This document shows, in pieces, positions 28,321-38,139 of a stretch of 64,000 nucleotides of DNA; positions within the stretch are counted from its first letter, which is position 1, and each line of letters begins with the position of its first letter. The translations under genes were made by a program, and so were the position numbers. The stretch spans positions 186,001 through 250,000 of the IMG/VR virus record IMGVR_UViG_3300031857_000005; one strand, 5' to 3'. The notes under the pieces were generated by a model that worked only from the letters and a program-made list of their open reading frames with translations, was not told where the DNA came from and did not search any database.

Positions 28321-29220
28321 ATGAATTATAGTGTTTTAACAAGACAAATCATCAAAGAGATGGTTAACGAAGTTGAGGAAAAAAAATACGGTGTGAAATA
28401 TTATGCATTTGACTGGGATGATAATCTTATGAAAATGCCAACTCAAATTATTTTAATGAGTGAAGGTGGTGATGAGGTTGGTATGTCAACTGAAGATTTT
28501 GCGGAATATAGAACTGACATTGGAAAAACTCCTTTTGAATATGACGGGGAGACTATTGTTGGTTTTGCTGAAAACCCGTTCAGATTTTTTGGAACTCAAG
28601 GGGATTCAAAGTTTATGAGGGATATTGAAAACGCCCCGTTAGTTAGAGGACCTTGGTCGGATTTTATTGAGGCAATTAATAACGGTTCAGTATTTTCAAT
28701 CATTACCGCAAGAGGACATCACCCAAATACACTTAAAAAAGGTGTGTTAAAATTAATTTTGATGGGTAGAGGTGGACTTGATAAAGAAAAACTTGTGGAG
28801 AGTCTTATTAGATACAGGGAGATTATGGGATTAAAACCAATTAAAGATGAAAATTGGTTAATCAGAGATTATCTTGATAGATGTAAATTTTACCCTGTGA
28901 GTTATGGTGCGGGTTCCGCGACTAATCCTGAAGAAGGTAAAGTTAAAGCAATGGAGGAATTTATTAATTATGTTAAAAGAATGTCAATTAGATTACAGAA
29001 AAAAGAATATCAATTCATAAATGATGTAAGTAATAACTTTGTTCCTAAAATGCCTATGGTAGGTTTTTCAGATGATGATATAAGAAATGTAGAAGTAATG
29101 AAAAAACATTTTGAAAAGAAACCAGATAATATATTAAGAACTTATCATACAAAAGATGATGAAAAAACTATGATGGAGCAACTAGTTAAAAGAACAATAT
29201 TGAAAATTAAATCAAAGTAA
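28321..29220 (+). CDS. HAD-superfamily phosphatase-like protein
   Basis: Motif I FDWDDN, motif II IITARG, Lys (EGKVK), motif IV FSDDD. Confidence 0.7.
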   Translation: MNYSVLTRQIIKEMVNEVEEKKYGVKYYAFDWDDNLMKMPTQIILMSEGGDEVGMSTEDFAEYRTDIGKTPFEYDGETIVGFAENPFRFFGTQGDSKFMRDIENAPLVRGPWSDFIEAINNGSVFSIITARGHHPNTLKKGVLKLILMGRGGLDKEKLVESLIRYREIMGLKPIKDENWLIRDYLDRCKFYPVSYGAGSATNPEEGKVKAMEEFINYVKRMSIRLQKKEYQFINDVSNNFVPKMPMVGFSDDDIRNVEVMKKHFEKKPDNILRTYHTKDDEKTMMEQLVKRTILKIKSK

Positions 29221-29285
29221 ATAGAAAAAATTTTACAACGATATATTTATAAATAAAAATAAACAAAAATTTAAAAGAAAAAATT

Positions 29286-29774
29286 ATGGCTGATTTGTTA
29301 ATGAAAATGCCAGTTCCTTACGAACCGAAAAGACAGAACCGATTTATATTAAGATTCCCATCTTCATTGGGTATAAATGAGTGGTTTGTAGAGAGTGCGT
29401 CTAGACCATCTATCAAAATCGGTTCAACTGAGATACAGTTCTTAAATACTTCAACATTCGTTGCAGGTAGATTCAACTGGGATCCAATTACAGTTAAATT
29501 CCGTGACCCTATCGGACCATCTGCATCACAAGCATTAATGGAGTGGGTTCGTTTATGTGCGGAGTCTGTAACAGGTCGTATGGGTTATGCTGCTGGTTAC
29601 AAAAAGAATGTTGACATTGAGATGTTAGATCCAACAGGTGTTGTTGTTGAGAAGTGGATTTTGGAAGGTACATTTATGACTGATGTAAACTTTGGTTCAT
29701 TGTCTTATTCACAAGATGCGTTGGCAGATATTTCGGCAACACTTCGTATGGATCGTTGTATCCTTGTGTACTAA
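29286..29774 (+). CDS. tail tube protein (T4 gp19-like)
   Basis: EPKRQNRF, AGRFNWDPITV.FRD, GYAAGYKK, L.MD motifs; follows sheath. Confidence 0.9.
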   Translation: MADLLMKMPVPYEPKRQNRFILRFPSSLGINEWFVESASRPSIKIGSTEIQFLNTSTFVAGRFNWDPITVKFRDPIGPSASQALMEWVRLCAESVTGRMGYAAGYKKNVDIEMLDPTGVVVEKWILEGTFMTDVNFGSLSYSQDALADISATLRMDRCILVY

Positions 29775-29796
29775 AAATATATTTTATATGAAATAC

Positions 29797-29830
29797 ATCC
29801 CATATGGTTTATTCCGTATGGGATTTTTAT
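29797..29830 (+). terminator. intrinsic terminator after the tube gene
   Basis: ATCCCATATGG-loop-CCGTATGGGAT followed by T tract. Confidence 0.8.
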
Positions 29831-29873
29831 TTACAAAAAATATAAGTAAAGTATCTTTATAATAAAAAAGATT

Positions 29874-30638
29874 ATGGAAAACAATGTTGCACAATATGGA
29901 CAAATGGATTTTAACTTACCACACGATGTGGTTAAATTACCATCAGGAGGAATTTTTTATAAATCTAAAAAGAAGAGTGTTAAAGTTGGTTATTTAACTG
30001 CGTCTGACGAAAACATTTTGTCAAATATTAATCCTAATAAATCAATTAGGGAAAGTATTATTCTACCTTTATTAAGAAATAAAATTTACGAACCTGATTT
30101 AAGACCTGATGAATTATTAGATGGTGATATTGAAGCGTTAATGATATTTTTAAGGAACACTTCATTTGGACCTGAATATAACATATCAATAAAGGATCCT
30201 GCAACAAACAAAGGATTTGAAACAACTATTTTATTAGATGAATTAAACATTAAAAAAACAGATGTTGATCCTGATGAAAATGGGTATGTTACAACAACAT
30301 TACCAAGAAGCGGTAATTCCGTTAAACTTAAATTTTTAAATGTTAGAGATTTAATTGAAATTGAAGAAATTATTGATCAATACCCTGCAGGTAGAATACC
30401 ACCGTCACAAACAATTAGATTGAATAAAATGATTGTTTCCATTGACGGAAATGAAGATAGAAGTCACATTTCTAAGTTTATTGAGTCAATGCCAATTATG
30501 GATTCAAAACATATTAAAAAGTTTGTTTTAGATAATGAACCAAGATTAGACTTAACAAAACAAGTAATAGCCCCGTCAGGAGAAAAGGTAATGGTTAACA
30601 TTGCGTTTGGGGTTGAATTTTTTCGGCCTTTTTTCTGA
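29874..30638 (+). CDS. baseplate hub / tail assembly chaperone (T4 gp26-like)
   Basis: V.LPS.G.FY, TASDE.IL, L..GD..A.M..LR..SFG.EY, IPFG/IAFGVEFF-type C-terminus; lies between tube and tape measure. Confidence 0.75.
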   Translation: MENNVAQYGQMDFNLPHDVVKLPSGGIFYKSKKKSVKVGYLTASDENILSNINPNKSIRESIILPLLRNKIYEPDLRPDELLDGDIEALMIFLRNTSFGPEYNISIKDPATNKGFETTILLDELNIKKTDVDPDENGYVTTTLPRSGNSVKLKFLNVRDLIEIEEIIDQYPAGRIPPSQTIRLNKMIVSIDGNEDRSHISKFIESMPIMDSKHIKKFVLDNEPRLDLTKQVIAPSGEKVMVNIAFGVEFFRPFF

Positions 30639-30777
30639 TTACACAAAAATTTTACTTGACGAATATTATATCCTTGCAAAAATTCTGAGAACATCATATT
30701 CAGACTTTCTATCTATGCCAACATATATCCGAAGATATTTAATTAATAAAATTATTGAGGAACATAAAAGTGAATAA
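30619..30777 (+). CDS. start-less +1-frame extension of the chaperone (T4 gp51-like / GT-type tail chaperone domain)
   Basis: Frame open 30592-30774: FFGLFSDYTKILLDEYYILAKILRTSYSDFLSMPTYIRRYLINKIIEEHKSE; not in the ORF track; fills the gap exactly up to the next late motif. Confidence 0.7.
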   Translation, partial: FFGLFSDYTKILLDEYYILAKILRTSYSDFLSMPTYIRRYLINKIIEEHKSE

Positions 30778-30805
30778 TTAATATTTATATAGAAATACAA
30801 TTTAA

Positions 30806-32638
30806 ATGTTAGCAACAAACGATTCTGGTGATGTAGATAAAGAAGAAACAGGTGCGGGTAGTTACGGGTTTACAGGTATTGATGTTGCCACACAATTATC
30901 TACTGCCGCCAAAGATTTATCAGGAATACCTGCTCAAATAGGTTCGTTAATTAGTACTAATTTAGGTTTAACTGCAATGTTTAGAGCAGCAACTGACTTA
31001 GATAAAAAGAGTGCGGATATCGTAAAAACATTAGGGACTGGATTCGAAAGAAGTATAGAACTTCAAAGAACTCTCACACTTGCAATCCCACAATTTGTTG
31101 GGATGGGTTTGAAGGCGGATGATGCATCTGCTCTTTATGAAAACCTAATTAAAAAATTCAATATTAATTTAAAACTAAGTGACAAACAATTAGTTGAGTT
31201 GGCGGCGACAAGTAAAGTTACTGGTGTTGCGGCTGATGAATTAGCACTTAATTTTAAAGATGTTGGTTTTAGTATTGAATCTGTTGGTGACAATATGTTG
31301 GAGGTTGCAAAAATTGCTAATCAAGCGGGGGTTACCGTCGCTAGTGTTGCGGGTGCGGTAAGTAAAAACCTTGAAAAACTTAATTTGTTTAATTTTGATA
31401 ATGGTGTTAAAGGACTTGCTAAAATGGCGGCGCAAGCATCAAGATTAGGTGTTGATATGGAAAAAATATTTGCCAAATCTGAAGACCTATTAAGTCCCGA
31501 AAAAGCAATTGATTTCGCAGCATCATTACAAAGATTAGGAGTCACCTCAAGTGAGTTATTAGATCCGTTAAGAGCAATGGATTTGGCTCAAAATGATCCT
31601 GTTGAGTTACAAAATCAAATTGTTAATTTAAGTAAAGATTTTGTTAGATTTAATGAACAAAATAATCAATTTGAAATTTTACCTGGTGCAAAAAGGAGAA
31701 TGAGGGAAGTTGCGACTGAATTAGGTATGTCTGCGGCTGAATTCTCAAAAATGGCAATCAACGCCGCATCATTTGATGAAAAATTAAAAAAGATTAAATT
31801 TAGTCCTGAAGTAAATGAAGACGATAGAGAATTGGTGGCGACAATGGCTCAGTTTAGTAAAAGTGGCGTTGCTCAGGTTAAAGTTAAAACATTTGATGAA
31901 ACAACAGGTAAATTAACAGGTGACGAAGAATTAGTTGATGTTAGTAAATTAACTGCGGAACAAATAGAATCACTTAAGGCGGAACAAGCATTACAAGGTA
32001 AAACCATGGAAGAAATTGCGGTTGATCAATTAAGTGAAATGTCAAAAACAAATGCAATACTTAATGAGAGATTGGCAGCGTATCAATATGGTATGGCACA
32101 AGGAGCTGCTCAACCTATTTATAGCGGTGCATTATCTAAAACAAGAGATCTTGTAAAAGAACTCCCAACCGACCCTATGGTTTATATTAAAACCATAGAA
32201 GATGTTGAAAAAAAAGTGGGAGAAATATTAAAAGATTTAGGTGTTGATTTTGGAGTTGTAATTGAAGAATTTGGGAAGGCTAAAGATGTTGTATATAATT
32301 GGTTTAGTGATGCTGCAACAACTATTAAAGATATTTATAATTCTGTTATTGGTACAACAACTTCCTCCGCAACATCAACTGCAACACCATCGGCATCAAA
32401 TGTGGTATCATCAACTGCAACAACAACAGTAGGTGGAGGAGGTACTGAAACCGCCTCAACCAATACACAACCAACAAATATGAACATAACCCACACATTT
32501 AATTTTTCAAATATGCCAAGTTATGTAACATCAACTGAGGTTGAACGAATATTAAAAGAATATACTCAAAATTCTCAAAATGCTCTTGCAATGGTAATGG
32601 CGGCAGGAAAAATAAATGCCGGATTAACAACAACATAA
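30806..32638 (+). CDS. tape measure protein (T4 gp29-like size)
   Basis: Ala/Leu-rich helical 610-aa protein directly after the chaperone pair. Confidence 0.75.
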   Translation: MLATNDSGDVDKEETGAGSYGFTGIDVATQLSTAAKDLSGIPAQIGSLISTNLGLTAMFRAATDLDKKSADIVKTLGTGFERSIELQRTLTLAIPQFVGMGLKADDASALYENLIKKFNINLKLSDKQLVELAATSKVTGVAADELALNFKDVGFSIESVGDNMLEVAKIANQAGVTVASVAGAVSKNLEKLNLFNFDNGVKGLAKMAAQASRLGVDMEKIFAKSEDLLSPEKAIDFAASLQRLGVTSSELLDPLRAMDLAQNDPVELQNQIVNLSKDFVRFNEQNNQFEILPGAKRRMREVATELGMSAAEFSKMAINAASFDEKLKKIKFSPEVNEDDRELVATMAQFSKSGVAQVKVKTFDETTGKLTGDEELVDVSKLTAEQIESLKAEQALQGKTMEEIAVDQLSEMSKTNAILNERLAAYQYGMAQGAAQPIYSGALSKTRDLVKELPTDPMVYIKTIEDVEKKVGEILKDLGVDFGVVIEEFGKAKDVVYNWFSDAATTIKDIYNSVIGTTTSSATSTATPSASNVVSSTATTTVGGGGTETASTNTQPTNMNITHTFNFSNMPSYVTSTEVERILKEYTQNSQNALAMVMAAGKINAGLTTT

Positions 32639-32674
32639 AAACATATTTTATGTATTTATAGGAAAAGATAAAAT

Positions 32675-35600
32675 ATGTCAGAGAGTGTATTATCATTTGC
32701 ATCGTCATCTACATTTAGAAATACTTTAATTGCTAGAAATTTAGCACCTTATCAAGTACAAGGTGTGTACACACCTCCTGCAGGTAATGTAACATATGAA
32801 GTATCACCACTTAGTAACAGTAATGTAATTGATTCACCTGATACATTAATATCTACAAATCAAGGTGCTAATCAACTTTATTCATTAAATGAATACGGAC
32901 CTGAAGGTGGTTTCATTGGTAAATATACTATACCTGGAGCTCCATATCCCGTTGAATCAAATAAAGGACCTTATGACCCAGGAGACACAATTTTAGATTT
33001 GGTTAATGAATTCTATATTGATGCGGCATATATACAAAATAAATACGGACCTGAGAGTGGGTTTAAAGATTTATATGTTATTACAGATGTAATCACATCA
33101 AATAAGATGTACCAACCTTATTGGGATCCATCAATATTTGTACCATCATTTTATAGTCCGTATGAGATATTAACAAGTACCAACCCAACAGGATCTGATG
33201 GTTCTTTATCACAAGATTCGTATTTAGCTAAGATTGGTGCGGCACAACTTAAAGGATATTTTGAAGATAGAATTGCATCAGAGTTAGAACAGTTAACAAT
33301 AGGTTCTATTAACCTTGATACATTATCTGATCCATTTAGTGCGAGTTTATTAGCATCAGGACAACAACCATTCTTTATTAAGAATTGGAAAATTACTGTA
33401 CCTGAAAATCCTTTATTAGCTGCGGTATCGTTTGCAAATAGATTATCAGGAACTTATTTTCCTGTATCATTTATTCCTGGTGATTATTTTGATGAAAACA
33501 ATCCTGAAGGTAATGTATCGGGAGCATTAAATACCGCAAACAATTTAACGGCAGGTGCATTAGGTGGAATTTTAAATAAATTTAGAAATCCTTCTGAATT
33601 ATTTTTGGCAAATACAGGTAATGGACAACAATCAGTTTTATTTGGTAACTTAAATTATAACTTATATAGACCTGTATATCAAAAAAATCTAATACAAGGA
33701 GCGTCACAAGCAATTAATAACCTATTCAACGGGGATAACGGTGGAGGAGGTTATTATATCGGTAGTGAAAATGCGGAACCTGGATTAATAACAAACCCAT
33801 CTAATGAGGTTGCAACCGATAGATTTGGTAAACAACAAGGAACACTTGTTTATGGACCTGACGAGTTAGGTAAATTGTATGAAGGTAATGATGGTAAACT
33901 TAATTTTGGATTAGGTGGTAAATCACATCACGATGGTGATGGTATAGATGGTAGATTCGTTTGGACATCACCAAAGTATAGACCAAATGCGGGATTCAAA
34001 GTAGGTAGAGGTGGAGAAACCTTCCAACAGGACGCTGAATTTAATATTGTTGAGGCTCAATACAGTCAAGATCAATCAATTGATGTTGAATTTAAGGGGG
34101 GTTCTATATTAGATAATACGCAAAGAATTATTAATGCTGCCGATAATGTTCAAGGGGCAAAACGACTTAAACACGTCGGTAACGCAATAAATCAAGTGTC
34201 AAAAGTTTTTAATGATGGTTATAAAGAATTAACAAAAGGTTCTCAAGTAATTGCATATTACGACTCAAGTACAGGTAGTAATGTAATTGGTGAAAGTGGA
34301 TTTGAAGTTGGTAGAGAATATTGTAGAATCTTCCAAAAAGATACTCCATATTACACTTACGCTGATTTACAAAAAACTGATGGTATAACTACTTCAGGTA
34401 GAAGATTTAATAATTCAGTATTTGATAATACTTACAATTTAAATATTGCACCTTTAAGAAACCCTGGATCAACTAACATTGTTGATAATAAAGTGAAAAA
34501 ATATATGTTCTCACTTGAAAATTTAGCTTGGAGAACATCAAGTGAACCTGGGTTTAGATATGATGATTTACCTGTTTGTGAGAAAGGACCGAATGGTGGT
34601 AGAATTATGTGGTTTCCACCATATAATATAACATTCAGTGAAGACAGTAAGGCAGGTTGGAACCCTACATCATTTTTAGGTAGACCTGAACCAATATATA
34701 CATATAAAGATAGTACAAGAACGGGTTCATTAAGTTGGACAATAATTGTGGATCATCCATCAGTTATGAATACAATTATTAGAGAACAACTTAAAACTAG
34801 AACACCACAAGAAATTAATTCAATAATGGATTCATTTTTTGCGGGTTGTGTTAAATATGACATATATGATTTGGCAATAAAGTTTAATAACATACCAACA
34901 TCTGATTTATATACATACCAACAACTTTTAAATGAACCAAGAAAAACTCAAGAAGAACTTCAAAATATATTAACAAAAATCCCAGTCGACAATTCAATAC
35001 CTGGGGGTAATAGTACAGGTACTCAAGGAGATGCTGAGGTTAGTCAAACAACTAACACCACAAATGATGTTAAACCCGGACCTACAGTTGAAGAGGTTGT
35101 TACTTCTTCAGAACTTAATGATAATTTTTCAGAATATGCGTTTTATTTTGAAAACGATTCACCATATTTTAATAATCCAATAAAAAATCCTTCAGATCCT
35201 GCGGAATGGAAAGTTGCGGGTGCGGCATCAAGAGATTTCCCTAATTTAGGTAATAATGCAAATTGGGATTATGATAATTATTACGATTTTTATATAGGTT
35301 TAAGAAATCAAAAATATGTAACTAATGCACCTGCAAAATGTTTTGCTCAAGGACAAACTGATCCTTTCTTAAAGGAAGGAGTACAAAACTTTTTTGATAA
35401 TGTTGTTGTGGACAATTTTAGTGTAATTAAAAATGAGTTATTACCAAAAATTAAAGAATTTATTGTTGACAAAAAAGGACAAATAACAATTGAATTAGTT
35501 GGTTCAGCATCACCAATACAAGCTAGTTTACAATATAATGAATATCTTTCTGATAGAAGAATTGATTCTGTTGTAAAATGGTTTAAAAAACAAAATGTTG

Positions 35601-37813
35601 CTGGAGAAAATTTCCAAAAGTTTTTTGATGAAGGAAAATTAATTGTTAAATCAGCATCTTTAGGTGAAGTTGCTCAAGTTTCACCAAAAAGTAAAGATGG
35701 TACAAATTTCTCAATAAACTGTAATGTAAACATACTTGATGGAGCTACTTTAGCAACTGCTAAGACTAATGATTATGGTGGTGAATGGTATTCAGTACCC
35801 GCAATGGCTTGTAGAAAAGTTAGAATTGCGTCAATAATTGCAACATATGTACAAGAAGTTAAACCTGAAGATCCAATTCAAGAACCAATAATAGATGTTG
35901 TTGTGATACCTAATCAGTCAGGAACAACAGGAACAACAACTATTGAAATACCTCCACTTAAAATTATAGAACAACCAGATCCGATTCAAAAGGTTAAAGA
36001 CGGTATTTCCAAAAAAATATTAAGACATCTATTTTCTGAATGTGATTATTTTGATGTGTTAAAAGAAAGTGATCCTATGGTATTTGAAAGTATTAAAGAT
36101 AGGATAAAATACTTTACACCGGCATTTCACTCAATAACACCTGAAGGATTAAATGCAAGACTTACATTCTTACAACAATGTATGAGACCGGGACAAACAA
36201 TTCCTGTTATTGGACCTGATGGTAAACCAAAATATAATGATGCTCAAAATACTGCGTTTGGAGCACCACCTGTATTGGTATTAAGAATTGGTGATTTTTA
36301 TCACACAAAAATAATTCCTAATACATTAGGTATACAATATGATCCTTTGGTTTTTGATATAAATCCTGAAGGAATTGGGGTACAACCAATGTTAGCCAAA
36401 ATTTCATTAGGATTTGACTTTATTGGTGGACATGGATTAGCTGGACCAGTTAAACAATTACAGAACGCATTATCATTCAATTACTATGCGAATACTGAAA
36501 TATATGATGAAAGATCAGTTGCAACAGAAAGTACAGAAGAAAGAGATAAACAAATGGTTGCTAAAATAGTTAAAGGTGCGGGAACATCAACACCTACGGT
36601 TGGATCTAATACGGTTGCTAACCAACAATCACAAAAAGGTGGAGGAACTATTGGAACTATATTGTCAACAAACTACGAAAATAATAATGAAGTTGAAGTT
36701 GGTGACATGGACTATTCAGGATTAATTAAAGAATTATCTGAAGGGACTAAAAATTATTTTACAACAATAACAAATCAACTTAAAACAATGACAAGTACAA
36801 CTAATATGGGTATTGTCGGATTAGCAAGTAGTGAAAGAAAATTTAATAATGGTGAGTTAAATGAATATGATGTACCATTACCTGATGTTCCATTGTATGG
36901 TAGATCATTAGAAATTGAAAAAAATGTAAGTAAATTAATTAAAGAAACATTATCAGATGTTAAAAATGATAAGGATCCAATTTCATATTATGTTAATAAG
37001 GATTCTAACCAATATAGTGCGGTAAATTCTGAGTTAAGAGAATTAAGAGCAAAATTAGAAGAAGAGGTAACCAAAATGGAAACTGAAATAAATAATATTG
37101 TTATTGAACCTGCTAACACAATGACTTCATATCAAGAAAACTATAATTATACTTTAAGAAAAATGGATATGATTTGTGGTAAAATTGATGGTATCAAATT
37201 AGGTACCGGAGATTACAAAGTTTACACATTAAGTGGTGACAACATTGATAATATTATTAAAGTATATACCACTAATACAAATCCTGTTTCCGTAGGATTT
37301 AAATTAACGGATTATAATAATAAAATATTAGATGTTGATTCTAATAGTATCTTAAAAAAGATTAACTATCAGGATAATAATTTTGATCCAATAACTAAAG
37401 TTTTCTCTGGTTTTGGTGATGATACGGCAACTAGAAGGTTCTATATGACTATGTCCCCAATATTTTTGGATGATAATAAATTTAACGCTTTTGTCACTAA
37501 TTTAACTTCTGGGCCTAAAATATCTAAAAATCAAAAATTAATTGATGGTATTAAAAAAATATCAAATGAATTTAAAGGGAAATGTAAAGAAGAATATGAT
37601 GCCGAATTAAAATTCTTTGATACTTTAATGAATGGTAGTGATTATCAAACATATGAAAAATATGAGATAACTGAATTTGATTCCAAAGTACAATACACAA
37701 CGGATAATGTTGGTAACAACCTACAAAAGAAGAATAGATTAAAAGATTTGTATTTAGATGTAAATGTAAAAACAAGTAATAAAACTTATAATGGAAAAGT
37801 AACTTTCACTTAA
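32675..37813 (+). CDS. large baseplate/tail-tube-initiator-like virion protein with an OmpA-like domain
   Basis: gp48/gp54-like segment WFPPYNITFSE...W.P...LGRPEPIYTY...RTGSLSW; OmpA-like IELVGSAS...YNEYLSDRRIDSV. Confidence 0.6.
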   Translation: MSESVLSFASSSTFRNTLIARNLAPYQVQGVYTPPAGNVTYEVSPLSNSNVIDSPDTLISTNQGANQLYSLNEYGPEGGFIGKYTIPGAPYPVESNKGPYDPGDTILDLVNEFYIDAAYIQNKYGPESGFKDLYVITDVITSNKMYQPYWDPSIFVPSFYSPYEILTSTNPTGSDGSLSQDSYLAKIGAAQLKGYFEDRIASELEQLTIGSINLDTLSDPFSASLLASGQQPFFIKNWKITVPENPLLAAVSFANRLSGTYFPVSFIPGDYFDENNPEGNVSGALNTANNLTAGALGGILNKFRNPSELFLANTGNGQQSVLFGNLNYNLYRPVYQKNLIQGASQAINNLFNGDNGGGGYYIGSENAEPGLITNPSNEVATDRFGKQQGTLVYGPDELGKLYEGNDGKLNFGLGGKSHHDGDGIDGRFVWTSPKYRPNAGFKVGRGGETFQQDAEFNIVEAQYSQDQSIDVEFKGGSILDNTQRIINAADNVQGAKRLKHVGNAINQVSKVFNDGYKELTKGSQVIAYYDSSTGSNVIGESGFEVGREYCRIFQKDTPYYTYADLQKTDGITTSGRRFNNSVFDNTYNLNIAPLRNPGSTNIVDNKVKKYMFSLENLAWRTSSEPGFRYDDLPVCEKGPNGGRIMWFPPYNITFSEDSKAGWNPTSFLGRPEPIYTYKDSTRTGSLSWTIIVDHPSVMNTIIREQLKTRTPQEINSIMDSFFAGCVKYDIYDLAIKFNNIPTSDLYTYQQLLNEPRKTQEELQNILTKIPVDNSIPGGNSTGTQGDAEVSQTTNTTNDVKPGPTVEEVVTSSELNDNFSEYAFYFENDSPYFNNPIKNPSDPAEWKVAGAASRDFPNLGNNANWDYDNYYDFYIGLRNQKYVTNAPAKCFAQGQTDPFLKEGVQNFFDNVVVDNFSVIKNELLPKIKEFIVDKKGQITIELVGSASPIQASLQYNEYLSDRRIDSVVKWFKKQNVAGENFQKFFDEGKLIVKSASLGEVAQVSPKSKDGTNFSINCNVNILDGATLATAKTNDYGGEWYSVPAMACRKVRIASIIATYVQEVKPEDPIQEPIIDVVVIPNQSGTTGTTTIEIPPLKIIEQPDPIQKVKDGISKKILRHLFSECDYFDVLKESDPMVFESIKDRIKYFTPAFHSITPEGLNARLTFLQQCMRPGQTIPVIGPDGKPKYNDAQNTAFGAPPVLVLRIGDFYHTKIIPNTLGIQYDPLVFDINPEGIGVQPMLAKISLGFDFIGGHGLAGPVKQLQNALSFNYYANTEIYDERSVATESTEERDKQMVAKIVKGAGTSTPTVGSNTVANQQSQKGGGTIGTILSTNYENNNEVEVGDMDYSGLIKELSEGTKNYFTTITNQLKTMTSTTNMGIVGLASSERKFNNGELNEYDVPLPDVPLYGRSLEIEKNVSKLIKETLSDVKNDKDPISYYVNKDSNQYSAVNSELRELRAKLEEEVTKMETEINNIVIEPANTMTSYQENYNYTLRKMDMICGKIDGIKLGTGDYKVYTLSGDNIDNIIKVYTTNTNPVSVGFKLTDYNNKILDVDSNSILKKINYQDNNFDPITKVFSGFGDDTATRRFYMTMSPIFLDDNKFNAFVTNLTSGPKISKNQKLIDGIKKISNEFKGKCKEEYDAELKFFDTLMNGSDYQTYEKYEITEFDSKVQYTTDNVGNNLQKKNRLKDLYLDVNVKTSNKTYNGKVTFT

Positions 37814-37815
37814 TT

Positions 37816-38139
37816 ATGGCATTACAATACTATAACAGATATAATCAGTTTTTACAAAATGGACAACAAACAGTTGTTCCTTATGTAGAATTACCCGTAA
37901 AAACTTCTGATAAAACATATATCTATAAAGTTGGTACATCAAGATTGGATAAAGTATCACAACAATTTTATGGTTCACCACTGTTTGGGTGGTTAATAAT
38001 GTTGGCGAATCCACAGTTTACTGGGTTTGAATTCAACATACCTGATGCTGCTATATTGACTATACCGTATCCTTTACTAACTTCATTACAAGACTATAAA
38101 TCAACATTAGAAACACATTTCTTCTACTATGGTAGATAA
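37816..38139 (+). CDS. LysM-like baseplate wedge protein (gp53/gpX-like)
   Basis: RLDKVSQQFYGSPLFGWLIMLANP ... LTIP pattern. Confidence 0.75.
   Translation: MALQYYNRYNQFLQNGQQTVVPYVELPVKTSDKTYIYKVGTSRLDKVSQQFYGSPLFGWLIMLANPQFTGFEFNIPDAAILTIPYPLLTSLQDYKSTLETHFFYYGR

Noticed and set aside
29844-29852. AAGTAAAGT shared with the RHH intergenic region as a second operator
   Set aside because: A 9-mer of this composition is expected about once by chance in 64 kb; not supportable alone
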